Part shown: one piece after another, positions 13,081 through 25,146 of the stretch
Layout of the letters: every line of letters begins with the position of its first letter
How positions within the stretch are numbered: position 1 is the first letter of the stretch
Origin: Mytilus trossulus
Lineage: Eukaryota
Assembly (NCBI RefSeq): GCF_036588685.1
Contig: NC_086382.1
Coordinates: forward strand, 496,001 to 560,000
DNA: 64,000 bases
Direction of reading: 5' to 3'
Made by a program: the position numbers and the translations under genes
Notes under the pieces: model-generated
Seen by the model: only the letters and a program-made list of their open reading frames with translations
The model's database searches: none
Told to the model about the DNA's origin: nothing

Positions 13081-14832
13081 CTAGACTATTGTCTCACTGT
13101 CTGCCTTTATATAACGTTTGCTTTTTTCTACCCGAATTGCCCTGTTTTGTTTAATTGGAATCTGTTGGTAATGATGTTGAGGAACATGATATTCGTACTG
13201 TTTTCGTTCAGGTTTTTTACTAATACATAATTTCCCAACGAAGTTCCTCCAGGAATTAATTGTTTTCGAAGACCATACCCACATACCACTGGTAATTCCC
13301 ACAACAAGCGACATAAATATTTTTAACATAAAAATTTCAATCTTTGGTAAATTTGTGGAATATTTCGAATACCACGAATCCCTGCTTGTGTATTCATAAA
13401 ATAAGCACGCTATGACACAAGCTGCTGGAACAGTATATAAGACGGAAAAGATTCCAATTCGGATCATTAGCACTTCTAGTTTATCTGTTTTAACTCCATC
13501 GTTTCGCACTTGTTTTCGGATTCTAAATAAAGCTACAAAACCAGCGACTAGGAAAGTTATTCCAATGAAGAGGTAGACTAGTAAAGGGGCAATAACAAAG
13601 CCCAGTAAAGTTCGGGTATTCTGATTCCCCACATAACAAACCCCAGTCAATTCATCAGCGTCTACATCACGCATCACTAATATAACAATTGTTTTAATGG
13701 CCGGAATGGCCCATGCCACTAAATGAAAGTAACTACTGTGAATTTGGATGGCCTCGTGACCCCACTTTAATCCTGCTGCCAGGAACCAAGTCAATGTTAG
13801 AATCACCCACCACAGCGAGGCGGCAGTACCGAAAAAGTATAATAATAAAAATACTATAGCACAGTCTGTATTTTCTAAGCCTTCTTGAATTAAAATTCCT
13901 AATCCATTTTGTGGACTTGTCACTGTTGGGTCTTTATCACATGCTATGGATTCTCTTCCTGCAATTAATCTTACTATAAATGCAATGCTGAAAATGTTAA
14001 AGCACATGGATAGAAAAATTATGGGTCTTTCTGGATAACGAAATCGATGTGTTTCAATGATGAATGTTAGCACTGTGAATAGAGTTGATACGAAACATAA
14101 TCCGGCCCAAATAGCCATCCAAATGTCTGCGAAATATTTGTCCTCGCTGCTGAATGCATCATGGTATCCACATTGCAGCGCACATCTGTCCGTTCGGTTT
14201 ATGTACGTGTACATTTCGGCGTGTCTATAATGCATACATTTTAAGCTACTGATTATATTCCAGTCCATAGGAATGGACGGTAGTTGAGTTGGGTACATTG
14301 GATTAGCACCAGGCTGGCCAGGCTTCGAATTTGACCCAGGCTTCGGTCTTCCAGGACGACGAGGTAATGGGTCATCTTCCTCCCCCGGACCGTCCATACA
14401 CATATGATTTTGATCGTTTTTAGGTGGAAATTTTGAGCAATTCAATGCCGCTGGCCACGGAAATCCAAATTCATTTAAAACTGGCCTACAACGTTTTTGA
14501 ACATTGGTACACATTGGTCTACACGGTCCAATTGGGTCCATGACTTTCTCTGTACACATTGGAACGTAAACAGAACACAAGAAAAACTTCAGTTGTTTAG
14601 AACACCCGTATTGTATCAGAGGGGTAAATGTCTGCAGTTGTAACTCGGCATCTTGTTGTAAATCGTGTCCTACAAGATTTGGCATACCCGTAACGTTATA
14701 TCCTAACCCTTTGCACATTTCTATTCGGATAGGGTCACATTTTCGGACTATTTCCGTACCAAACATATACAATCCTTTCGGCAGAAATAAACACATAAAG
14801 CTTGCCAACACTACACGTGTTGTCAATTCCAT
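13081..14832 (-). CDS. fzd4: Frizzled-4 (Wnt receptor), single coding exon, 583 aa
   Basis: ATG at 14832 ([17 protein letters not shown], signal-peptide-like). FZD4-type [49 protein letters not shown] with 10 Cys. Seven TM segments with [13 protein letters not shown], KTxxxW motif (KTINSW) and C-terminal PDZ ligand ETIV. Confidence 0.96.
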   Translation of the reverse strand: MELTTRVVLASFMCLFLPKGLYMFGTEIVRKCDPIRIEMCKGLGYNVTGMPNLVGHDLQQDAELQLQTFTPLIQYGCSKQLKFFLCSVYVPMCTEKVMDPIGPCRPMCTNVQKRCRPVLNEFGFPWPAALNCSKFPPKNDQNHMCMDGPGEEDDPLPRRPGRPKPGSNSKPGQPGANPMYPTQLPSIPMDWNIISSLKCMHYRHAEMYTYINRTDRCALQCGYHDAFSSEDKYFADIWMAIWAGLCFVSTLFTVLTFIIETHRFRYPERPIIFLSMCFNIFSIAFIVRLIAGRESIACDKDPTVTSPQNGLGILIQEGLENTDCAIVFLLLYFFGTAASLWWVILTLTWFLAAGLKWGHEAIQIHSSYFHLVAWAIPAIKTIVILVMRDVDADELTGVCYVGNQNTRTLLGFVIAPLLVYLFIGITFLVAGFVALFRIRKQVRNDGVKTDKLEVLMIRIGIFSVLYTVPAACVIACLFYEYTSRDSWYSKYSTNLPKIEIFMLKIFMSLVVGITSGMWVWSSKTINSWRNFVGKLCISKKPERKQYEYHVPQHHYQQIPIKQNRAIRVEKSKRYIKADSETIV

Positions 14833-15170
14833 AGTAATTATAACTGGTAAATTACATAAGTTGCAATTAATAGTCTTTAATATTTTACTGATCACTTAAA
14901 TGCGAATTAAATCCACATAATATACACGACTTCTCCTCCCACCGCTGTTGGCATCAAGTAAATATTCCTGCATCTCTCAAGAGAATCGAGTTAGACATAG
15001 ATAATGTACCTTATCAACAAATCTTTCCTTCTCACGAATGCCATGTGAAATAATGTCTATCTTTCCTTCGTTGTTCTATTTAATCTGTGGATAAAATATC
15101 GTTTTAGCTTAGAAAAGAGTGCATGCCAGCGATCATGCCCTACTGGTGTTTGGTTTCACACAAACTCGAC

Positions 15171-15289
15171 CCAATCAGATGGTTTGTTATGATTGGCGAC
15201 TCCTCCCCGCTTCAGTACTTTACGATCTATTTCAACCATCAATCAAATCTGCCAATCATTAACAACTATCCGGGGATTAATATTATTGG
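15171..15289 (-). promoter_or_regulatory. Putative fzd4 proximal promoter: four CCAAT boxes and a GC-box-like element
   Basis: CCAAT at 15171 and 15252, ATTGG at 15192 and 15285, ctcctccccgc at ~15200. All lie 340-460 bp upstream of the ATG. Confidence 0.5.
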
Positions 15290-17679
15290 CATGAGATTTA
15301 TGAATAGTTGAATCTTCTTTTGTGAACAATAATGGATTCTTTTCAGTCGAGTTATTTACTTATGTTAAACCAATTCTAGCCTTTTGTTACGGTTTCCACT
15401 TTCTATTCACTGTAAACGACTTTTATAATAACTAAAGTCAACGTTGTGCGTGTTTATACATAAATAACTAGCTGTCAGTTGAAACTATATGTAACGAAAA
15501 ACAAACACCTTACCCTAAATTTCCTGCCGAGGTATTAATTATTTACATGACAGTTCAAAAATTGCTATACGTTAGTGTCCTTTTCATAAATCTACCTGGA
15601 ATATTGTGTCGTTGTTTTTGCCTTGTTTTCACATCCGAGTCATGAATTTATATAAAACATTTCACTTAACAGGAATAAATATAACTGCGGTGTGACACCC
15701 TCGTTGTCATACATTCATCATTTGTCTCGCTGCAGGTGTGTAACGGTTAACAACATAATCCTTGTGTCATATTAATTAAATCAAAACTAAAACATGAAAA
15801 ATGTTCTGATACGAACAAACTCTATATATGTTGTAATATCATTTAAAACTTATTTTTCTGACGCAATAAACTGAATAAACATAATGAAGAAGAAAACACA
15901 CTTTTTGTTGTAACAGTTTGTCATCTGAATGTCCACTTATATGGTACATCTCACGTATTTGGTCAATTCATATTAAGATGCACAAGAATGGAAAAGAAAC
16001 CTCATCCTTTTCAGTTCCGTGCTTTAGAAGGTGTTTTCACTGACGGTCGCGTTTTGAACAATAGGATGAGAAGTATTCAGTAACGACATCTGGTTTAATA
16101 GAAGTTTAACAAAGATGTAATTAATTCCACAAACTTTCATCTGAATAAATCAGATAGATTTCTAGCAAACATCTGTTGCTTGTGACGACAATCAACTGAT
16201 ACTCTGTATATCTAATGTTACTCATCACGCTAAATCAGCGACAGGTCCGACAGAGTTATCGTTCTTTATAAATATCACAAATGTTACTTGGCATAAGGGA
16301 CATTATCCAATCTTATATTGTGCAACAAATTCAAATAAGAGCAAGTATTAATTTTGATATTGAACAAAATTGTTTATACCGTATATCTTTAAAATGTAAA
16401 ATAAATAATTCATTCTGTTTAAAAAAAATAACTATGAATATATATGTTTGAAAATTTCCTGCTACACCAGATATGGGTTACTAGAAAAATGTTCTTCGCT
16501 TACATGCAGAATCTGCATATTTGAACGTATTTTCCGTGTCGCCTTGAATGATAGACCGTTGGTTTTCTAACGTTAAATGATGTTGCAATAATTCACCGTT
16601 GATACAAGAAGTTCAACAAAATGCCGGACCACTCGAAAATAAAGTGAAAAACTGTTAAACTTCGACTGTCGTGGACAAAGTGGGAAAAGTTGGATAGACC
16701 CTTTGAAAACAATACTTCTGTTAAGCTCGCATGGAGATACTCCTTCTCAAAGGTAGACAGGACTTTGGTGTTACATTAATATGATAATCTTGGAGATTTG
16801 CCAGTTTGCACAATGCTATAGTCTTCTGCCAGATATGCATGGTCAGTACTTAGACTGGTTCTCTGTCCTTCTTCTGTTTGGTTAGGTCAGTACTATACCA
16901 GACACGACTTCTTTATAGATCTCCAATGCTTTTAAAATATTTTCGTTGCAAATTCGCTTCCATCTTTCACTTTCAAATATGATTAATATATTTTTCTATC
17001 GCGATTATTTTTATAGCAACAGCGCTAAGGAAATGATGAAGGAAATGACCTCTTTGAACAAGCAACAATGAGCATGGCCCTTTTAAAACTAGGTTAGCGT
17101 CAGACTATTTCCCTAAAAATGAAACAGTTGTAAACTGATGTAGCCATTGTGAAAAAATTACAAGGGAATCGCATGAATCTTAACCAATGTAGGAATATAT
17201 GTATCGACATGGTAAGCGTTCATAAAAAAATGCATGCACAAACATTCATGCCGAGTTAAAGGACACATCTAGTTACTTATTCAGATCGGAAGAATGTTCT
17301 GATTTATAACGATCCAAAGACCGCGAAAATATGTCTCCCAGGAGATCAGATATACAAAAATATCAAATGAAGACAGTTTTGAAGGTACTGCTTTATTATT
17401 TTGTAGGATGTGCATATATCATTAATGGAGGTGTTAATGGCCGTAAATAGATCGTGGTTTGTCCTGTTATCTCCTCCTGCAGTTTTGGAGATACACTGTC
17501 AACTGTTTTGTAGGATGTTCAAACACATAATTGAGGTATGCACTGGATTTTTTTTTATTCAAATATCCCGAAAATGACAGGTAGTTGGTTGTTGGACCTA
17601 GACATTTTTATTTTGTCAGGCCTCCCGTCTATTATGGTTTTCATAATAATCGGCAAAATAAAATTGACATTCCCATTCC

Positions 17680-17966
17680 TTTTCACGAACGCAACCTACC
17701 GAATTACACTATTTACCGGGTTTGTTATAACATGAGCAACACGACGGGTGCCACATGTGGAGCAGCATCTGCTTACCCTTCCGGAGCACCTGAGATCACC
17801 TCAAGGTTTTGTAAAGGTTCGAGTTGCTTAGTGTTTAGTTTTCTATGTTGTGCTTTCTGTACTATTATTTGTCTGTTTGTCTTTTCCTTTTTTAGCCATG
17901 GCGTTGTCAGTTTATTTTCGATCTATAATTTTGACTGTCCCTCTTGTATCTTTCGCCCCTCTTTTT
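17680..17966 (+). repeat. Dispersed non-autonomous repeat (further copies ~42807-42958 +, ~48655-48890 -, ~60380-60630 +)
   Basis: Shared core gccacatgtggagcag...tctgcttacccttccggagcacctgagatcacc followed by a T-rich tail. Confidence 0.7.
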
Positions 17967-19015
17967 TGGCAAAAACTGCTGTAAAAAGTCGTCTGACAAT
18001 TTAACGTAAATATACATCAGGTATAGATAGATAACAGCATTCTGAACATCTTTTGTCTGTCACATTTTCTCCTTTCCAAGCGGTTTTAAATATAATAGAC
18101 AAATCGTTTCCCCTATCTCCAATAATAAGACATTCCGGCCGTTTCAGAAGGCGGAACATATTATTTAAAACTAAAGATATCCCACTGAGTATTTTAGCCT
18201 AGTTTGATTAAATTTGGTCCAGTAGTTCCAGAGGATTTTTTTTTGTAAAGGTTAACGACGACAGACGACGGATGACAAGTAATGACTCAAATGAAAAAAA
18301 GCTCGCTTAGCCTTTCGGTCAGTTGAGCTTACAAAGCAAAAATAATTCTTAATCCCCAAACTTTGAAAGCTGGGTGACAAGTTAGAAAAACAAATAAATT
18401 CTAAGTATCATGAAATTGATAAACTCAAGTTATTATCCAACCGTTTCATCTTTTTTGTGTATATATTTTGGATATGGTCTCTTTTTTCATAAAACTTTCA
18501 ATCTGTATAGATTCGAAATTTGTTGGAACCAAATAAAATGTTTCAAAAGGGAAATGAAACAGTTACCTTGTTATTTTTTGTTTCGATTGAAACTTATTTG
18601 ATTTCTTTTATTGCTTGTTCCAGTATATGTCATAGAAAAAACTAAAAGTTTATTTTGATTTAAATGTACATGTATTTTCGAAACTGGCATGTCAGCAACT
18701 GTTAGTATAGTCATTAGTTAATTTATGTGTCATTGTCCTTTTGTTAATTTTTTTTTGTTACCTATTCTGACATCGGACTTTGACTTCTTTTAAACTGAGT
18801 TTTGCTGTGCGTATTGCTGTGCGTTTGGTTTTTTTTTTATATAGAAGAAGATGCTTTATTACCATAAAATGGGCTCACGAGGAGCATAATATAATATCAT
18901 TATAATATTATTCTTTTACAAATATAATAAATAATACAGTACTATACATAGTAACAAACACAAATAAGAAACAACAGTTTTCATATATTCGTATATATAT
19001 ATTATATATATATCT

Positions 19016-19153
19016 AGCGGGACGGCTACAGTGCAGGCGATTTGGTGTCACGATATCACAGTAGCATGGGTTCGAATCCCGGCGAGGGAAGAACAAAAAA
19101 TTTGCGAAAGCAAATTTACAGATCTAACATTGTTGGGTTGATGTTTAGACGAG

Positions 19154-19155
<2 letters not shown>
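19016..19155 (+). mobile_element. tRNA-derived SINE-like fragment embedded in (TA)n
   Basis: Pol III B-box ggttcgaatcc at ~19069, with TA microsatellites on both sides. Confidence 0.55.
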
Positions 19156-19186
<31 letters not shown>

Positions 19187-19190
<4 letters not shown>

Positions 19191-20730
19191 CTGTACTGTA
19201 AACCTACAGATAAACATCAGTACCTTTCTCCCCAAAGCTGTCACCCCAAGCACTGTACAAAAAGTATCCCGTACAGTCAAGCTCTCAGAATAAAGCGGAT
19301 TCGGATTTGCTCCTCTGATGAGGCTGTCACTCAGCGGTTACAGGAACTTCGCGAATTTCTAATCAAACGAGGTTATAAGAAATGGGACATATATAAGGGG
19401 TTTGCGCGTGCTAACAATAACAGCCGCAAAGACCTGTTACAGTACAGAAAGAAGAGGCGCAGCAAAATTGTTCCATTTGTGTTAACATACAATCCCGCTT
19501 TTTCAAACCTTTCACGTTTGATCCGTGCCAATTGGCAAAGTATTGCCAATCACCCAAAATTATCCAAAATTTTTCCCGATCCTCCTGTCTTAGCTTTTCG
19601 GAGACCAGCAAGTCTAAAAGACTTATTTGTAAAAGCTGCCGTATCCTCGAATAAAAGCTGCTCAGCTACAGGATGGTGCAAGTCGTGTGGTAACAAACGA
19701 TGTCTGACTTGCCAACAAATAGTGAATACTCAAACATTTACTTGCCACTCCACTGGGTCTGTGTACACAATATTTTGTAATGTAACTTGCAAAACCCAGA
19801 ATGTTGTATACATTCTTCAGTGTCGATGTGGCATGCAGTATGTTGGCGAGACAGAACAGCCATTCAACAAACGCATGAATGGTCATCGTAGCGACTACAC
19901 ATGCAAGCCCGACCCACCCGTAAATCGTCATTTAAGATCACATGGGCACGCCCAAGCTGATCTTAAAAAACTTACCATCACTATCATAGATCACAACGAG
20001 GATTGGTCAAAGGCCGACAGACTTGCCCGGGAAAGTTTTTGGATAAGAAAGCTGAGGACAGTTTCCCCAGAGGGCATTAATGAAAAAACATAGAAGAGTC
20101 ACTCATTTTTCCTACCATCACTAATTTCCTGTCATCACTTGTGGCCAGTTACTACGGCTTCCGTACTGGACCCTTACACTTTTCAGGAATTTTTGAATTA
20201 TATTAGTTTTGATTACAGTTGGCAAGGATGTGTAAGTACGCAGCCACGTTCTATTACTTAACCTTAGTAAACATTTATTACTCAAATTTCTTATCATCAA
20301 ATTACTATATTTTTTAGATGTTTAAATACGCAGTCTCTGATGCAACTGCCCTACCGTTGTCATATTTTTAATATCATACCAGTTTAGATCGGTCAGGACT
20401 GTTTATTGGGACTATATTTCCACGCAGTTGTTTAACATCTCAACTGTCAACACCTTTGGGAATTTAGAGTTGTGCCTGTTCACATCGTAAATAACTTTTT
20501 TTATTTTTGGCATATTTTTGTAGTCTTTGCGCTGTGTTTGAAAATTTTAAAATTGTTCCAGCGTTCGCTTAAATTGTATAATTCAAGATTTTGATAGAGT
20601 CTTAATTTGAATTGACATGATTCATTTTTCATCGTGCAATTACCGAAGAAGGATATCTGTTATCCGAAATATCTAACATATTGTTCGTTTTATTGTGTTT
20701 TTGGTGATGTTGTATTCTTTTAGACTTGTT
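19187..20730 (+). mobile_element. 5'-truncated Penelope-like retroelement (RT thumb, Cys-rich linker, GIY-YIG endonuclease, 3' region), probably Neptune-type
   Basis: LYCKPTDKHQYL (frameshift) SCHPKHCTKSIPYSQALRIKRI...FLIKRGY runs in frame into ORF 19479-20093. That ORF has CKSCGNKRCLTC, NVVYILQCRCGMQYVGET, RMNGH, RESFWI and GIN. The element starts directly after (TA)n. Confidence 0.9.
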
Positions 20731-22300
20731 ATATATTATGTAGTGTACTGCATCATGTTAATATGATCCATCGCCCCGTAAGATTGATCGTTGACTATTT
20801 ATTCAGTCATTTTATATATATAGGAGTATACATAAAACTTTCGTCTCAGGCACACCTCTAGAAAGTAACACAAATAATACTGTGAGTAGGCTAAATATAT
20901 ATAGCTGAACTGCAGGAGGTACCAAGGGACTGCTATATGGCATGGTGTGTGCATTTTAAAATCTGTATCGGGACACTAGTGATATGGTAAGATATTAGAT
21001 TGAGGTATAGGAGGAGGGTTGAGATCTCACAAAACATGTTTAAGCCCGCCGCTGTTCTGTCAGGAGCCTCTAACCTTTGTTAGTTTTGTATGATTTTTAA
21101 TTTTAGTTCATTTATATTTTTCGAGTTTAATATGACGTCCATTAAAACTGAACTAGTACACATTTTTGTTAAGGGGCCTGCTGAATATAAAAAAAATGTG
21201 CGGGTATGATTGTCAATGAGACAACTCTACACAAGAGTGCATGCCTCCGGGTGCGGGATTTTCTCGCTGTGTTGAAAACCTGTTGGTGGTCTTTGGTCGT
21301 TGTCTGCTCTTTGGTCGTGTTGATGACACAAATCCCATTTCCATTCTCAATTTTATGTATGTTGAAAGAGCATACGATAATCAGTTCTCGGAAAATTGTG
21401 TAACTACTACCCCAAAAACATTGATGAAAAGTTCAGGAAACGTGTAACATCAAGATTGGTGCAACATCCACTTGTTATGAGCAAATAAGGTCGCATATGG
21501 TATCACCTGCCTCATTTTAGAAAAATAAATATTATAAAGCAACTGAAAACAAAAAAAATCGTTCAGTCAAATAATCATGTTCGCGCATGATTTCTCAATT
21601 TTTGCAAGACTCATTTTAGAACCTTCATATTTGAGCATTGTGTTTTGTCGTTTCTTATTATCCTTTCGATACATGTTTGTTTAATCTTTTCTCCGAATGC
21701 CCAGTCTTAATAAATTTCTATGGTTCTCTGAAAGGGGAAAAAGGTGGGGGTGTCTTCTCTGTCCCACATGTGTACATTGAAGTGTGTTGTTTTCATACTT
21801 TAATATGTGAAAATGTTAAATTTTGGTAACTTAAAAAATATTTGGAAAAAATAAACTTATTTCACATGTCAATTCGCATTAGGGCGCACTTTCACAGATC
21901 TGACAAACCTGCCGGGGTTAGATTGTTGGTGTTTCCGTCGTCTGCTAATTGAAGATATGACTTAACACCAAAACGGAGTAATAACAACAAATCACCACAA
22001 TGTACCGACATGTAAAATATGAATCATTATACAAAAGACGAGCAAGTCATCGCAATGTACATCAAATTGACAAACATCTAATAAAACTGATGAAAAAGTA
22101 AATTTAATAAAACTGCACCAACGTACATCAATGAAAAATGGAATTAGACTAAAAACCTTCAAACACTGTAAATCAACAATATACCATAATGTGCACTGCT
22201 CATTAGAAAGACTAAATATATAAAAAAAAACAACTCACCAAAAAAGTTGTAATTTCAAATATATAATAAAACATTCTAAACACCATGGATTAGAATGTAA

Positions 22301-22650
22301 GAGAGTCGTGGTTTAGTGGTAAGTGCATCGGACTACTAACACAAAGGTTCCTCGTTCGATTCCCGCCTGGGTTGGAAATTTCAGGAACTCAATCTTCGGC
22401 TCTCCCCTAACACCATTTGCGAGTATGTTCTCCAGGAAACAATGATAGTCCGTCGGAAGGGGACGATAAATGGCCGTTCCGTGTTAAGAAAGAGCCATGT
22501 CTCTTGCATGTTAAAGACACCCTTGTAGATTTCGAAAAAGAGCAGGCTAATGCCGCTACAAGGCAGCACTCGCACCCGCAAAGTGGAAAGGGATTAATAT
22601 AAGTTGCAAAACTTGCTTCCCAATCCACTATAAATAAATATGTTTAAACT
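22301..22650 (+). mobile_element. Full-length tRNA-derived SINE (350 bp) with 7-bp TSD
   Basis: A-box tggtttagtgg and B-box gttcgattcc in the head. Central gacgataaatgg...gttaaagacaccc...ttcgaaaaagagcagg resembles conserved SINE core domains (Deu/Nin-like, tentative). TSD aatgtaa at 22294-22300 and 22651-22657. Confidence 0.88.
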
Positions 22651-23861
22651 AATGTAATACAATTCGTTGAATTAACATTAACCATGCACATCAATCGACA
22701 GAATAAATCCCGAAGAGAGACATTTGGTGTGATTTTTAGCCTCCTACAAATCCTACAAAATAAAAACTATCGGAAGTATATTATACAACATATTTATACT
22801 GTACAGAACGCATTTATATAACTCATTAAAATAACTGTCGTTAATCAAAGTGCAACCGTACATTCCTGATCCACTATTGACACAATAGATTCGAAACAAG
22901 AAGTTTTAACAGCTTCCTTTTTTCCAAATTTTTACCAATTTTAAAAAATATGATAGTACTTTTAAATGTAAAATGGACTTTGCTCGTTGTTGAAGGCCAT
23001 ACGGTGACCTATAGGTGTCACTTTCTGTGTCATTTAGTCTCCTGTTGAGTTGTTTCATTGCAATAATCTTCTTATTATTATATAATACAGTGTTATTTAT
23101 TTTTAGAATATTTGAGACAAATATGAGTCATAAGTAAAATAAACCATGAATTAATTATATTATGTTTTTGATTGTTTTACCAGTTTCACATTCTTGTGAA
23201 AATTATTTGAAATCTAATTTGAATTTTGCATTACCAAATTCAATATCATGCTAGTATACATTGGAAATTAAAGCATGTCGCACAACGAGTTAGGAATCAG
23301 ATATAATTGATCACATCCAATGAACATATAAGCGTAAATCACATAATAAAGTGGTGATGTATCAATCAATCAATCAATCATTCAAACAGAAAGCAAACAC
23401 GACGCCAATCAAGCAATCAGAAAGCAAGTAAACAAGACAAAAAAGCAAGCAAGCCTGTTATTCAGTGGTTGTCGTTTGTTGATGTGTAACATATTTGTTA
23501 TTTGTTCATTTAATGTACACAAATTAGGCTGTTAGATTTCTCGTTTGAATCGTTTTAAATTTGTCATTTCGGGCCTATTATAGCTAACTATGCAAAATGG
23601 GTTTGTTCATTGTTGAAGGCCGTACGTTGACCTATAATAGTTTTTAATTTCTGTGATATTTGATCTCTTGTGGAGAGTTGTCTCAGTGGCAATCATACCA
23701 CATCTTTTTTTTATAAGCAAGCAAGTAAGCAAACAATCAAGAAAGCAAAATATGTAGAAAAATTAAAAACAAACTAAAAATTATATAACATGAAAATGAA
23801 AACTAAGTTTTCTTTTTAAAATTTAAGGAAATAGTCGGGTTCTATTTTAACTGACACCAAT

Positions 23862-24613
23862 CTAAACACCTTTTGTTTTCATATCCCGAATAATTCCCTT
23901 TTCTGTCCTGAAAAACACGTTCAACAGAAGATTAAAGATATTTCCTACATTATCTGGACTTGGCTGTGCTAGCTGAGTAGATGCTGTTGTTATAGGCGTG
24001 GTAAGATTGGACTTCATTCTAGGCGTGGTAAGATTGGACTTCATTCTATGCGTGGTAAGATTGGACTTCATTCTAGGCGTGGTAAGATTGGACTTCATTC
24101 TAGGCGTGGTAAGATTGAACTTCGGAAAACGATGAATTATTCCTTGATCTAGGTCAACAGGATATTCCTCTTGATCAACAGGTCCTTTCACACAGTTACT
24201 CTCCTGATCATCACTGAGAGGAAATTTCGTGCATTCCAAAACTTCAGGCCACGGGAATCCGAATGTATTCAAAATAGGCCGGCAACCTTTCTGAACATCA
24301 AGACAAAGCGATCTGCATGGGCCGATGTTGTCATGGATTGATTCGTCACACTTCGGATAATATGCGGAACACAGAAATAGAATCAATTTACTTGAGCACC
24401 CGTACTGAATTAAAGGAGCATATGTTAGCAGGTTTAATTTAGCATCCTGAATGTTATCCTGTCCAGCAAAATTTGGCATGGTTGTCACGTTATAGTTCAC
24501 TGTTCTCGTACACATTCCTCTGGGAATATCTTGACATCTACGCACATGTTAGACATATCCATACAACATAGATATATTAAACTAAAAAATATTATATATC
24601 TCGTTAATTCCAG
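23862..24613 (-). pseudogene. fzd4-derived CRD-only (secreted frizzled-like) gene; disrupted allele or pseudogene
   Basis: ORF 23862-24545 holds a complete Frizzled CRD (10 Cys; [30 protein letters not shown]) and no 7TM region. Upstream, in another frame, CTG-E-L-T-R-Y-I-I-F-F-S-L-I-Y-L-C-C (from 24613) parallels fzd4 MELTTRVVL. One missing base near 24546 separates the two frames. Confidence 0.8.
23993..24120. repeat. 27-bp coding minisatellite x~4.7 encoding NLTTPRMKS
   Basis: taggcgtggtaagattggacttcattc at 23993, 24020, 24047, 24074 and 24101 (partial). Confidence 0.92.
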
Positions 24614-25002
24614 GGCTTATGTAGTTATACAATTAATTAGTTTATGCATACAGTTCCAGAAATAATTGTCAGTACAGGCTTTAAGTTAAATTAATGTTTG
24701 CACACTTTCCCCAACCGTTCACAGTCTTTTCATAATTATGTTGAGAAATACGATGGGATGTAATACTATCAACAAAATGTTGTGCTAAAAATAAGTTAGT
24801 AGTGTGTTATCAAGGTTACTGGAACTTTGAAACATAAAAAAGTAATAGCAGAAACTGAGTTTCTGTGATAATTTCTTCTTTGATTATTTACGCTAAGGTT
24901 TGATGTGTTTGACAATATCTACTTTGAATAATTTCAGTGAGGATTGGGGAAAAGAATGACTATGTTTTAGAAATGAACATGATACGACCCAAGATAGGAT
25001 AG

Positions 25003-25146
25003 CATTGGCGGAGCCAGGGGTGGGTTCCGGGGGTTGGAACCCCCTTTTTTGGCCAATCAATGCATTTGAATGGGGACATATAATTGGACCCCCCCTTTTG
25101 TCCTGGGTTGGGACCCCTCTTTTTAAATGGCTGGATTCCCCTCTGG
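25003..25146. mobile_element. Short GC-rich MITE-like repeat (ggcgga(g/t)ccag-type termini); relatives near 33510-33695 and 53305-53442
   Basis: ggcggagccagggg ... gctggattcccctctg form imperfect inverted ends, with internal G/C runs. Confidence 0.5.

Noticed and set aside
14833-14895. 21-aa N-terminal extension of fzd4 in the ORF track
   Set aside because: It starts at GTG. The ATG at 14832 precedes the signal-like segment and is mirrored in the duplicate.
16480-16970. Possible decayed transposase coding sequence
   Set aside because: The composition is suggestive, but no motif could be reconstructed confidently.
17585-18004. 139-aa hydrophobic ORF and similar 60-100 aa ORFs across the window
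   Set aside because: They lie in dispersed non-coding repeats or AT-rich sequence, often have non-ATG starts, and show no recognisable domains.
22301-22375. tRNA gene
   Set aside because: There is no proper acceptor stem, and the sequence continues into a SINE body bounded by TSDs.
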